Notes: generated by a model from the letters alone, not told the origin. A stretch of DNA of 64,000 nt from an uncultured bacterium (GCA_943788175.1 CALSPG010000007.1:224001-288000), one strand, 5' to 3'. Shown: positions 40,157-50,528, numbered from the stretch's first letter. Numbers and translations are program-made.

Positions 40157-41137
40157 TTATTTAAAAGGTAGATAAGCGAAAAGAGTGTAAGGTTTAGGAT
40201 ATTTATCAGTAGCTAAAAGAAATCCTTTATCTTCATACCTTGCAACTGCTTCCCATTTTCTTGAAGTCTTCTCACCTTCTAATTTAATTTCGATAGGAGG
40301 TGAATCTGTTAAGATTACCTTGTTGTTTACAATTTTAAATTCAATCAACCTTTCTACTCTTTGAGAAAGGCTGTGAGTTGGACCACTCCCATATTTTGCA
40401 GTTAAAACATCAATACCAGGCTTTAAAGTTTTTTTATCACCAGGGAAAAAGTAGTTAATTGCCCAAAATTGGTTTTTTCCATCCGTTTTCGTTGCATCTG
40501 CAATTCTATAATTAATTGAAGAAATTGTGTTTTTTTCGATGTCGTTTCCAGATAAATTGATTGATAATGCATGTGGTTTTTCAACTAAACTATCTCCATT
40601 TGCCTCAAATAACGCAATGATTCTATCTTTATTTATAATTAGAGATTCAAAAGACATATTATCAACATAGCTAGGAACAGTTAAAGTAGTTAATGTTTGT
40701 TCGGGGATTGTGATTTCTAAACTTCTTTCATCTATATGACCTCTAGCTAACAAGCAACTCATACTATCATCAAATTTTATTTCAATGGTTACATAAACCT
40801 CATATCCTCTAAAAGCAATAGACTCAAATGAATCGAAACCAGGGACCGTATTTTTATAATCTGGAGTATTAAATTTAATTTTTTGTGGTCTAATTGCAGT
40901 AGTGTCAATTTTATTAATCCTTGAATCAATTTCTGTTTTTTTTATAACAAAAGCATATCCATTTAAGTTTTCAGGTAATAAAATTAAATTATCATAATAC
41001 CAGTCCATTCCAGAAATTTCTTCATCGCTGTTTTTCATAGGTCCATCAATATTCAGCATGATAGGTGAAACCTCTAGTGTTTTTTTTCCTGCACAAGAAA
41101 AAATTAGTAATAGAGCTAATGGTAATATGATTTTCAT
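40157..41137 (-). CDS. Hypothetical lipoprotein, probable beta-propeller
   Basis: Lipobox IFSC; repeated EISG/FESI/FESL/WEAV motifs. Confidence 0.6.
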   Translation of the reverse strand: MKIILPLALLLIFSCAGKKTLEVSPIMLNIDGPMKNSDEEISGMDWYYDNLILLPENLNGYAFVIKKTEIDSRINKIDTTAIRPQKIKFNTPDYKNTVPGFDSFESIAFRGYEVYVTIEIKFDDSMSCLLARGHIDERSLEITIPEQTLTTLTVPSYVDNMSFESLIINKDRIIALFEANGDSLVEKPHALSINLSGNDIEKNTISSINYRIADATKTDGKNQFWAINYFFPGDKKTLKPGIDVLTAKYGSGPTHSLSQRVERLIEFKIVNNKVILTDSPPIEIKLEGEKTSRKWEAVARYEDKGFLLATDKYPKPYTLFAYLPFK

Positions 41138-41154
41138 TTTAAGTAATAGTTATC

Positions 41155-41481
41155 TTATTTATCTTCCTGATTTTCGCATAAAGCGCGCAACATTTCAAAT
41201 GAATAAATGCCAGAATGATGTCCATCTTGCCAATAAGGTCTTAACGCATAATATCCTACTGGCTGCAAACCACTTAATAAAAAACTTTTTTCTGAGTTAG
41301 GCCTTATTTCCCCTTTATAAATATTGCCAAAAACATCTTTTTCGCCTTCACAATTTGCACATGGACATTTCTCTCTAAGCATTTTTAGTTGTATGTACCC
41401 CTCTAATCCATCTGCCCATTTAAAAAGCATCAAATCATTTATTTGTTCATGCAATAGTAGTTTGTTTTTATCAAGATTCAT
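41155..41481 (-). CDS. DUF971 (GBBH-like N-terminal) domain protein
   Basis: LREKCPCANC, VGYYA, W.DGH.SGIYSF. Confidence 0.88.
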   Translation of the reverse strand: MNLDKNKLLLHEQINDLMLFKWADGLEGYIQLKMLREKCPCANCEGEKDVFGNIYKGEIRPNSEKSFLLSGLQPVGYYALRPYWQDGHHSGIYSFEMLRALCENQEDK

Positions 41482-42411
41482 CTATTTAAATAAAGTGATT
41501 TTTTTAGTTTCATGTCCTTTTTTGTGGATGAAAGTGACAAAATATATACCGCTAGTTAATCTATTATCAGAAAATTTAATAGAGTGCTTCCCCGGGGACC
41601 AATATTTATTGGATAAGTTTTTAACGAGTTTTCCATTAATATCAAAAACAGAAATGTTCACAAATTGTCCGATTGAAGTTTCAAAAGGAATTTTCACTTC
41701 AGGGTTAAATGGGTTTGGATACGCTTCTTGAATAGAAAATGTTTTAGGTACATTATTATTAATTGCTGATGTCGACAAGTTTTCCAAACTAACTGGACTA
41801 AAATTAAATAGCCCACTATTTATAGTAGTGAATGAAAACAAAGGTTTCCACATAGTGAAGCTGAAGTTTCCAGAAATAGTTTCTTCGTTGACCTCATTTA
41901 TTTGGATGTCTCCTTGTGTAGCTATGTAAGAATCACCAATTAAGTTTTCAACAAAAAAAGATGACAGGCTATCGAGAGACAAAGAATCGCTAGCATTTGA
42001 TGAATCAGTAAAAAATGTAAGCCATTGATTTGCAAAACTTGAATCAAGGTTAGGTACAAAAACAGAAAGCGTAGAAAGACTCAGGGGGTCTTCTATAATA
42101 TTTGCTATATCAGTAATACTAATATCCCAGGACCAAGCTCTAGGCTGTAAAGGGAAAGTAGTATCCTCTAGAACAGTCAAAAACAAATCAAAAGCATTTT
42201 CGTCTCGTTGTGTAATCCCCATCATTAAAAATGAAGAAGAATCATTTAATGAGATATTTAAAGCACCGCCAAAACTGGTTGTGTCTTCAAGGGAAGATGA
42301 AAAAGCTCCTGTCTCTGAGCCACTATAAAAAAAATCTATAGAACCTTGGTATAGAGTCTGGGAAAATAAAACACCGGACAAAAAGAAGATTAAGAGTTTT
42401 TTTGAAATCAA
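41482..42411 (-). CDS. Secreted protein with Por/FlgD-type C-terminal sorting domain
   Basis: AYPNPFNP, VFDINGKLV, SGIYFV, KKITLFK. Confidence 0.8.
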   Translation of the reverse strand: MISKKLLIFFLSGVLFSQTLYQGSIDFFYSGSETGAFSSSLEDTTSFGGALNISLNDSSSFLMMGITQRDENAFDLFLTVLEDTTFPLQPRAWSWDISITDIANIIEDPLSLSTLSVFVPNLDSSFANQWLTFFTDSSNASDSLSLDSLSSFFVENLIGDSYIATQGDIQINEVNEETISGNFSFTMWKPLFSFTTINSGLFNFSPVSLENLSTSAINNNVPKTFSIQEAYPNPFNPEVKIPFETSIGQFVNISVFDINGKLVKNLSNKYWSPGKHSIKFSDNRLTSGIYFVTFIHKKGHETKKITLFK

Positions 42412-42416
42412 GAAAG

Positions 42417-43272
42417 CTAGCTACTCCTTCTAAGAGACAGCATAATAGATGCTCCAATATTTCCAAAACCAGTTAAAGACTCGTTTGGATCAGGAATCAT
42501 ATAACCATTTCCAAATAAGCGAAGACCTAAGGGAGAGTCTTCAAACCAATAGTCTAATGATCCACCTACGACTATACCTAATCCACCAGAATAGTCCTCA
42601 TCCCAACCTAAGGAATATGTTATCCCACTCTCAATAGTTGGATGGACATTATCGCCAAAAAAATTAAGTATTGGTTGAAGATCAGCCTTTAAAACAGAAG
42701 CAATTGTAATTGATTTAATTTTTTTAGATTCTTTCGATTGTGCCAAATTCTTTATCAAAACCGAAAGTAATTAAACGTCCCCCAATTGACATATTTACAG
42801 GTCCAAGAGGGAAGTAGGGTAGTGAAAAATTAAGGCCTAATGTGGGTATTGCTGTCGGGTTTTCACCTTCTTCATTTTGAAGGCTTGGTCTAAAATAGAC
42901 AGGACTTCCATAAAATCCAGATATTGAAAAGTAGTCTAAATTCCCTAAACTTACATATTCATCATCATTACTATCTTCTGAAGTAATATTTTCACTGATA
43001 TTTCTCTGAATTACTGAAAATTTCCCATCAATATAAGTTTGTTTTGCTAGCCCATCTTCAACCAAAATAATACCATTTTCCAAGGAAAACTTGTCTATGT
43101 CAACAACAGGTATTTTTTCTGGCATAACAAGTCCTTCGGGAACGATAAAAACATGTCTTGTATCAGAAGAAGAGAGTTCTCCTTTTAATGTAGTACCATC
43201 ATAAAATGTTATAGTGGAATTCATGGAAAAAGCGTATCCAAGAATTATAAACACAAAATATAAATTTTTCAT
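42417..43272 (-). CDS. Hypothetical exported beta-barrel protein, split by one frameshift
   Basis: ORFs 42724-43272 and 42417-42758 fuse (GTIEESKKIKSI) if one base is removed near 42732-42734. Confidence 0.6.
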
Positions 43273-43297
43273 AGTTACCTCTTTAATTTTTTTAATG

Positions 43298-43371
<74 letters not shown>

Positions 43372-43471
43372 AGAAGTAAAGGCCAGAAATTATGTATTTG
43401 ATAGCAATTTCTGAACTAATATAATTGTTTAGTTAAAATTTAATGTAGTACTAATTTACATCTTATAATCC

Positions 43472-44224
43472 ATGTCAAAAAAAAATAATAAGATCAAAAA
43501 CATTTTTCAGGTTTATGGGTACAATAATTGCTTTCCACTTCTAAATCAATCTAAATATGAAATAATAAATGCATACATACTTGAGGATAAAAAAAGTTTT
43601 TTTTCTAATAAAATTGATTTTCAAAAACATCGTAATTCAATAAGCTTTTTAAAGAAAAATGATTTCTATAAAAAATTTGATAATCTTAGATCTCAAGGGA
43701 TAGTTGTATCATTTAAAGGACCTGTAGGCAAGTACTTTAGTGATTTTGATAAAAAAAAATCTGATTCATGTCTATTGATTTTAGATAGAATAGAAGATCC
43801 ACAAAATGCAGGTCAAATTATTAGAACAGCAGAGTGCGCGGGCATAGATGGTATTATTTTTCCATCACACAATTCTTTTAGACTTTCAAATACGATTATT
43901 AATATTAGCCAAGGAGCTTTTGTAAGCATGCCTCTTTATGAGGTTACGAATATTTCTTCGGCAATTTTAGAACTCAAAAAAAATGATTTTTGGATTATTG
44001 GCATCGAAAATAGTATTGGTGCAAAATCATGGGATAAATTAGATTATTCTGGAAATACTGCTATTGTTGTTGGAAGTGAAGGTAAGGGTATTCGAGAAAA
44101 AGTTATTGAACATTGTGATTTTTTAGGAGAGATACCAATGCAAGGAAACTCAAACTCACTTAATGTTTCTGCAGCAGTCTCTGCAATTTTATTCGAAAGA
44201 CTAAGACAAATAAAATTTAAATAG
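43472..44224 (+). CDS. rlmB: TrmH/SpoU family rRNA methyltransferase (RlmB-like)
   Basis: EDPQNAGQIIR, GSEGKG, IPMQG..NSLNVS. Confidence 0.85.
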   Translation: MSKKNNKIKNIFQVYGYNNCFPLLNQSKYEIINAYILEDKKSFFSNKIDFQKHRNSISFLKKNDFYKKFDNLRSQGIVVSFKGPVGKYFSDFDKKKSDSCLLILDRIEDPQNAGQIIRTAECAGIDGIIFPSHNSFRLSNTIINISQGAFVSMPLYEVTNISSAILELKKNDFWIIGIENSIGAKSWDKLDYSGNTAIVVGSEGKGIREKVIEHCDFLGEIPMQGNSNSLNVSAAVSAILFERLRQIKFK

Positions 44225-44232
44225 GGGGTATA

Positions 44233-45129
44233 ATGGCATCAACTCATGATTATATAAATGATAATCGTAACGAAGATATACATATATATATAAATGGTTC
44301 ATTTTTCCATAGGTCTGAAGCCAAAATATCAGTTTTCGATAGTGGCTTTCTTCTAGGAGATGGCGTCTGGGAAGGAATACGTCTACATAATAACAGATTG
44401 ATTCATTTTAATAATCATATCGATCGTTTATATGATGGAGCAAGTTCGATTGCAATGGAAATCCATTTGACTAAAAAAGAAATGAAAGCTGCTGTCCTAG
44501 AGACATTGAAAAAAAACAACATGATCTCTGATACCCATATTAGGCTGATTGTTTCTAGAGGATTAAAAAGTACTCCTTATCAACATCCAAAAGTAACTGT
44601 AAGTGATCCTACAATTGTTATTATTCCAGAATATAAAAAACCTAATGAAGAAACATTTGACAAAGGTATAAGGTTAGCATCAGTTAAAACACGAAGAGAC
44701 TTTACTGTTCAAGATCCTAAAATAAATTCGTTAAGTAAAATGAATTGTATTAGTGCTTGTATTGAAGCTGAATTTCTAGGTGTCGATGAAGGCCTTATGT
44801 ATGATCCTAATGGGTTTGTATCTACTTGTAATTCTACAAATTTTTTTATAATTACAAATAATGAAGTCTGGACATCATCAGGTGAATTTTGTTTAAATGG
44901 TGTAACAAGAGGATCAGTTATCAAATTATGTAAAGATAATAATATCATAGTACATGAAAAAAATTTTTCAATAGAGGAAGTTCTTAATGCAGATGAAGCT
45001 TTTGTCACGGGGACATTTGCAGGTATAATACCAGTAGTTGAAATTGATGGAGTCAGTTTTAAAAAAGGCGATTTTACTAGACGGTTATCAAACCTATATC
45101 GAACCGATATCGATGATGTTTTATTATAA
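44233..45129 (+). CDS. PLP fold-type IV aminotransferase-like protein
   Basis: SVFDSGFLLGDGVWEG, LNGVTR, ADEAFVTGTFAG. Confidence 0.9.
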   Translation: MASTHDYINDNRNEDIHIYINGSFFHRSEAKISVFDSGFLLGDGVWEGIRLHNNRLIHFNNHIDRLYDGASSIAMEIHLTKKEMKAAVLETLKKNNMISDTHIRLIVSRGLKSTPYQHPKVTVSDPTIVIIPEYKKPNEETFDKGIRLASVKTRRDFTVQDPKINSLSKMNCISACIEAEFLGVDEGLMYDPNGFVSTCNSTNFFIITNNEVWTSSGEFCLNGVTRGSVIKLCKDNNIIVHEKNFSIEEVLNADEAFVTGTFAGIIPVVEIDGVSFKKGDFTRRLSNLYRTDIDDVLL

Positions 45130-45857
45130 TGATAGATATAACTAGGATAGCAATGTGGTCTGGGCCAAGAAATATTTCTACTGCAATGATGAGGTCTTTT
45201 GAAAATCGCAAGGACACAGTTGTAATTGATGAGCCATTTTATGCTTATTATCTTAATAAAACAGGTTTTAATCATCCTTGTAAGAAAGAGGTGTTAAGGT
45301 CACAAAGCAAAAATTGGAATGAAGTTGTTGGTTTAATCACAAGTGATTTGCCAAAAAATAAATCAATTTGGTATCAAAAACATATGGTTCATCATATTCT
45401 TTCTTTTGACGACATAGGTTGGGTTAAAGGTTTTAAAAATTGTTTTTTAATACGGCACCCAAAAGAAGTCATCATTAGTTATGCAAAAAAAAACAATATT
45501 AACAGTGCTTATGATCTAGGCTATGAACAGCAAGTCAATCTTTTTAAAAAAATAAAGGAAATAACTGGATCTTCTCCGTCTGTATTTGATTCAAAAGATA
45601 TTCTATCTTCACCTAAAAGTATCCTGCAAAAATTGTGCATTGAACTTGATATTAAATTTTCAGTAAAAATGCTTAATTGGCCAAAAGGTAATAGGCCATC
45701 AGATGGCGTGTGGTCTTCACATTGGTATAAAAATGTAGTTAATTCAGATGGGTTTATGAGTTATAAGGAACCTCTTCAAGATCTTAAAAAAGAGCATATT
45801 GATATTTTCAAAGAGTGCATGTATCACTATAATTATCTTAATTCTTTTAAGATTTAA
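45129..45857 (+). CDS. Sulfotransferase-like P-loop protein (BCAT-like associated)
   Basis: MWSGPRNISTAMMRSF, DEPFY, YQKHM, DGVW..HWY. Confidence 0.85.
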   Translation: MIDITRIAMWSGPRNISTAMMRSFENRKDTVVIDEPFYAYYLNKTGFNHPCKKEVLRSQSKNWNEVVGLITSDLPKNKSIWYQKHMVHHILSFDDIGWVKGFKNCFLIRHPKEVIISYAKKNNINSAYDLGYEQQVNLFKKIKEITGSSPSVFDSKDILSSPKSILQKLCIELDIKFSVKMLNWPKGNRPSDGVWSSHWYKNVVNSDGFMSYKEPLQDLKKEHIDIFKECMYHYNYLNSFKI

Positions 45858-45941
45858 GAAAGATTAAATGAACTCATTCAGTTTCTAATTTATTAATGCT
45901 AGATTATCTTATTAATTTTAATCGTATAACTAAATTTTCAA

Positions 45942-46493
45942 TTGTTTTTAGAGGACACTACAATTAAAAGAATACTATTTTTTAGCATTTTCTTAATATT
46001 TTCTATATCATGCTCTTCTATCTTCAATAGAAAAGTAGCAGAATATAAGCCTGTACAATATGCAAAAAATGATTATAGGGTTTTAAAGAAAGAGAATCGT
46101 TATACTGGTACTTTTATGATCCGACAGAAATCGAATGGTTTTTTTATACCAGATGAAAAAATATCGGTAGATATGGATATTATTATATCTTCACTTAAAG
46201 TTCCTTATTTGAGAGTCTCTTACTATGGAACAGAGCAGCTCTCAATCCCAGATGGACAAACGCTATCATTTTTTGTAGAGGGTGAAGAGATTAAATTAAG
46301 CTCAAAACGCCAATCTAATAGGCTTAAAAAAGGCAATGAAGCAGTAGAAGTTTTGTCTTATTTGGTGACCCGAGGGCAAATGAAAAAAATATCAGAAGGA
46401 AGTGAAGTTAAATGTGTTTTACATGATTACAGTTTCCCTGTACCAAATCAAATGAAACAAAATTGGAATACTTTTATTGGTGAATATTGGTAG
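45942..46493 (+). CDS. Hypothetical lipoprotein (start may be ATT at 45963)
   Basis: KRILFFSIFLIFSISC lipobox; GAGGA 7 nt before ATT. Confidence 0.65.
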   Translation: MFLEDTTIKRILFFSIFLIFSISCSSIFNRKVAEYKPVQYAKNDYRVLKKENRYTGTFMIRQKSNGFFIPDEKISVDMDIIISSLKVPYLRVSYYGTEQLSIPDGQTLSFFVEGEEIKLSSKRQSNRLKKGNEAVEVLSYLVTRGQMKKISEGSEVKCVLHDYSFPVPNQMKQNWNTFIGEYW

Positions 46494-46496
46494 TAT

Positions 46497-47669
46497 TTAC
46501 TCGTTTGATGGTTTCAGTCTAATTATTCTTCCTGGGTCTTCAACCGCTAAATAAATATACCCCTCCGGTCCGGTTTCAACGTCCCTTATCCTACTTCCAG
46601 CAGAGTATATCATCTCTTGATTTAGTACTTTGTTGTCAAGTATTTCGAGTCTGTATAGGTTCTCGAATTTTAGAGATGTAACTAATAAATTATTTTCCCA
46701 GTTCTTAAATATTTTACCATCATAAAAATCTATACCACAAACTGCAATAGAGGGTGTCCAATGAATTACTGGTTGCTCCATACCTTCTTTATGCGTGAAT
46801 TTTGTTATTCTTGTGCCAGTATAGTTTTTACCATATGTTATTTCTGGCCAACCATAATTATTACCTTTTTTTAGAATATTCAGCTCATCACCACCTTTGG
46901 GCCCATGCTCTGTTCCAAATAGATAAGAAGACTTTGAGTTAATAGCGAGGCCCTGTGGGTTTCTATTACCATATGTCCATATTGATTTAATAGCACCCAC
47001 TTGATTTACGAATGGATTATCTGATGGTATTGAACCGTCATCGTGAAGCCTATGAGTTTTGCCGTTCGGAAATGTTAATAACTGTGCCTGTTTTCTTTCT
47101 CCTCTATCTCCTATTGAAAAATATAAATATCCTTTATTATCAAAGACAATACGAGTACCATAATGAACGGTACTTTTAGTGTAAAAAATATTATCGGCTT
47201 TGTAGATACTTATAATATCTGTTATCTGGTTTTTATCGAGTCTTGCTCTAACAATAGATGTAAATGATTTATTTTTATCATCTTTCAAAAAATCAGAATA
47301 ACTGAGGTAAATGAACTTATTATCCTTATAATTTGGATGAATTTGGATATCTAGAAGGCCTCCTTGACCTTTATACCTAACTTTAGGGACTCCAGATACT
47401 TTGGCTTTATTTTTACCTTCTTTATCTACTAGCCACAAAGTACCATTTCTGTCACTAACTAATAATTTACCGTTTGGTAAAAAAGCCATTCCCCAAGGGA
47501 CATTAAATCCTCCTATAAAACTTTCAACAACAAAAACTTCTTTTTTTGTTGTTTCTAATGAGTTATCCCAATTTTGTGGTTCTTTAGCGGCAATTATTTC
47601 TGTTAAAAGAAATAAGATTAATATAAATAATATTTTCAGATTAGTTTTAGCTATCAACTTTAGATCCAC
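46497..47669 (-). CDS. PQQ-dependent sugar dehydrogenase (GSDH/YliI family)
   Basis: PWGMAFLP, GQGGLLD, YGNRNPQG, EHGPKGGDELN, NYGWP, RIRDV. Confidence 0.92.
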   Translation of the reverse strand: MDLKLIAKTNLKILFILILFLLTEIIAAKEPQNWDNSLETTKKEVFVVESFIGGFNVPWGMAFLPNGKLLVSDRNGTLWLVDKEGKNKAKVSGVPKVRYKGQGGLLDIQIHPNYKDNKFIYLSYSDFLKDDKNKSFTSIVRARLDKNQITDIISIYKADNIFYTKSTVHYGTRIVFDNKGYLYFSIGDRGERKQAQLLTFPNGKTHRLHDDGSIPSDNPFVNQVGAIKSIWTYGNRNPQGLAINSKSSYLFGTEHGPKGGDELNILKKGNNYGWPEITYGKNYTGTRITKFTHKEGMEQPVIHWTPSIAVCGIDFYDGKIFKNWENNLLVTSLKFENLYRLEILDNKVLNQEMIYSAGSRIRDVETGPEGYIYLAVEDPGRIIRLKPSNE

Positions 47670-48454
47670 ATTTATTACAGAAAAAAGAATCGCTATCTAA
47701 ATTATCTTTTTCACATACAGTACACGAAATTATAGCTACGTTGCTTTTTTTATGAGATGTTAATTCTGACGTGATTATGCCTGTTGGTACAGCAATAATA
47801 CTATAACCTAATAGCATAATCATTGATGCTATAGTTTGCCCTAATGGTGTTAATGGAGTGATATCTCCGTATCCTACTGTTGTAAGAGTTACAATTGCCC
47901 AGTAAATACTTTTTGGAATATTGGAATAACCAGCTTTTTCACCCTCAATTAAATACATTATTGACCCTAGAATGATAACAACATTCATAATAAAAAAAAG
48001 GAAAATAAAAATTTTCCTTTTACTGGCGACTAATGCTTTAACTAGAACATTCATTTCTCCTATATACTGAACTAACTTTAAAATTCTGAATATTCTTAGT
48101 ACTCTTAAAACTCTAATGACCGATAAAACTTGTGTCCCTGGTAATAGCAGGCTCAAGTAGGTAGGGACTAAGGAGAGTAAATCGATTATACCAAAGAAAC
48201 TAAAAGTATATCTCAGTGGCCGTTTTACACAAAACACTCTTAGAAGGTATTCAAATGTAAATAATATTGTAAATACCCATTCTGCAATAACAAGTATCGT
48301 ACCATGATTTTGGTTAAAATAACTTACGCTTTCTAACATTACTGTAAAAACACTTAAAACAATAGTAGCGACTAATATCTCATCAAATAATTTTCCAGCC
48401 TTTGTATTAGTACCAAAAATAATTATTTTTACTTTTTTCTTTTAATTTGTTCAT
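47647..48454 (-). CDS. Voltage-gated potassium channel-type ion transporter, frameshifted near the N-terminus
   Basis: RVLRVLRIFRILK S4 helix, TTVGYGD filter; ATG at 48454 joins the frame if one base is removed at 48433-48438. Confidence 0.85.
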
Positions 48455-48647
48455 TATCAAATTTATTTAAGTCTTATCTCTGTCTAATTAATAAATAGTT
48501 CTATAGCAATACATAATCATGCTACAAAAAAAACTAATTAATATGACTAATTAGAATGTTACTCCTGTTACAGAATTTATGTAATTGATTATATTTATAC
48601 ATGAGTTATTCATTTTATTTTATCAAATTAGTAAAAAGGACATAGTA

Positions 48648-49124
48648 ATGGCTACCTTGATTTTAAGAAAAACATACAGCGCAATGATGGAAGAGATGGA
48701 CGCTTTAGATAAACGGAAAAGACAAACTTCAGAAAAAATTAGAGAAGCTGCTAGTCACGGAGATCTTAAAGAAAATGGTGAGTACCATGCTGCTAGAGAG
48801 GAACAAAGTTTAATTGTTTATAAAAAGCAATTAATGCAATCTCATTCTCCATTTCAAATTATTGAAAATATTGATGTTAATACTAAAGAGGTTGGGTTTG
48901 GGAATAAAGTTGTTATTCTTGAAGAAGGAAAAGATAAACCAGAAGATTATTATTTACTTGGTCCAATTGAATTAGATCTTGATTCTTATCCTCTGGTTGT
49001 GACATATCACTCACCTTTCGGACAAACAATAGTTGGGAAAAAAGTTAATGACACATTTAGCCTAGATATAAGAGGTCAAGAAATAAAATTTACAATTATA
49101 TCAATTGAAAAAATTGACTCTTGA
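48648..49124 (+). CDS. greA: GreA/GreB family transcription elongation factor
   Basis: AASHGDLKENGEYHAAREEQ, VGFG, SPFGQ; AAGGA RBS. Confidence 0.8.
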   Translation: MATLILRKTYSAMMEEMDALDKRKRQTSEKIREAASHGDLKENGEYHAAREEQSLIVYKKQLMQSHSPFQIIENIDVNTKEVGFGNKVVILEEGKDKPEDYYLLGPIELDLDSYPLVVTYHSPFGQTIVGKKVNDTFSLDIRGQEIKFTIISIEKIDS

Positions 49125-49405
49125 CACAAGCGCAAGAGTAATTCTTAGATTTTTTGGTTAAGTTCTAAAATTAAAATAAAAAAGTAGAGGGGAGAGTCAA
49201 CTCTCCATTGTAATGAGTAGGTTCAATGAGCCATCTTCCCTCTGCAAATATTCTATGAATTAAAATAAGTATTAATATTAAAAAAATAATTATAATTAGT
49301 CATACTTAGTATTTTATCATTAATTAATTATTAAACAATGTTAATAGTTATTCATGTTAATATTATCTCCCGCAATCATTAATTATTTAAAAGAAAGAAA
49401 TTAAA

Positions 49406-50452
49406 ATGAAAATAAACACCTCTTGCCCTGTTCTTGTTACTGGTGCTACTGGATATATAGCTGGATGGGTTGTAAAAAATTTGCTAGATAAAGGTATTAC
49501 CGTACATGCTCCAATAAGAAATTTATCAAACAAGGGGAAAAGAGCTCATCTTGATGAGCTTGCAGAAAATTCTTCTGGTCAAATTAAATATTTTGAATCT
49601 GATTTATTGATTAAAAATTCTTACAAAGAAGCAATGGAAGGTTGTGAGCTGGTTATTCATACAGCATCTCCTTTTGTTATGGATTCCAAAGATCCACAAA
49701 AAGAGGTTATTGATCCTGCATTAATAGGGACTCAAAATGTTTTAAAAACTGTAAACGAAGTAGATTCAGTTAAACGTGTAGTGCTTACAAGCAGTGTGGC
49801 AGCAATTTATGGTAATGGTGTTGATGCTCAATCAGTTGATGGGGGTATATTTAATGAATCAATGTGGAATACTACCAGTACAGCAACAGATGGAGAATAT
49901 AGCTATTCAAAAACCATTGCTGAAAAAGAGGCATGGAGAATTAATAAAGAGCAAAAAAGGTGGGACCTCGTCGTTATAAATCCAAGCTTTGTTCTCGGCC
50001 CATCCTTGAATCCTGATGCAATGTTTGAAAGTAAAAAATTCATGCTCCAAATGGGCAATGGAGACCTTAAAAGTGGAGCTCCAGACGTTACAATGGGAAT
50101 GGTTGATGTTAGAGATGTAAGTAAGGCTCATGTAATAGCTGGATTTAATGAGGAAGCAAAAGGGAGGCACATATTATCAGGAGAGACCCATACTTTGTTA
50201 GAAGCTGGAGGCTTTATAAAAGAAAAATTTGGTGATAAATATCCTGTTCCTACAAGGAACGCTCCTAAATTTTTAATATGGATTTTAGCGCCTTTTCTTG
50301 GTATTAAAAGAAATTTCGTTAGTAAAAACATCGGATATAAAATTGATTTTGATAATAGTAAAAGTAAAAAAGAGTTAGGCATTAAGTATTCGCCAGTAAA
50401 AAAAGCAGTTGTTGATTTTTTTCAGCAATTTATTGACAAAGGTTTGGTTTAA
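49406..50452 (+). CDS. NAD-dependent epimerase/dehydratase (aldehyde reductase/DFR-like SDR)
   Basis: VTGATGYIA, HTASP, TSSVAA, YSYSK, VDVRDV. Confidence 0.9.
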   Translation: MKINTSCPVLVTGATGYIAGWVVKNLLDKGITVHAPIRNLSNKGKRAHLDELAENSSGQIKYFESDLLIKNSYKEAMEGCELVIHTASPFVMDSKDPQKEVIDPALIGTQNVLKTVNEVDSVKRVVLTSSVAAIYGNGVDAQSVDGGIFNESMWNTTSTATDGEYSYSKTIAEKEAWRINKEQKRWDLVVINPSFVLGPSLNPDAMFESKKFMLQMGNGDLKSGAPDVTMGMVDVRDVSKAHVIAGFNEEAKGRHILSGETHTLLEAGGFIKEKFGDKYPVPTRNAPKFLIWILAPFLGIKRNFVSKNIGYKIDFDNSKSKKELGIKYSPVKKAVVDFFQQFIDKGLV

Positions 50453-50477
50453 AATCGAGTAAAAGGATTTGAAACAT

Positions 50478-50508
50478 AAAAGCCCCACAATGAAGTGAGG
50501 CTTAATGC
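50478..50508. terminator. Probable terminator between convergent genes
   Basis: AAAAGCCCCAC-AATGAA-GTGAGGCTT hairpin. Confidence 0.55.
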
Positions 50509-50528
50509 TTTGAAAAGGGTATAGTTAT

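Noticed and set aside
50455-50476. Degenerate tRNA T-arm fragment (GGATTTGAAAC) as the distal att site of the islet
   Set aside because: Does not match the 3' end of the tRNA-Lys present; too short to support.
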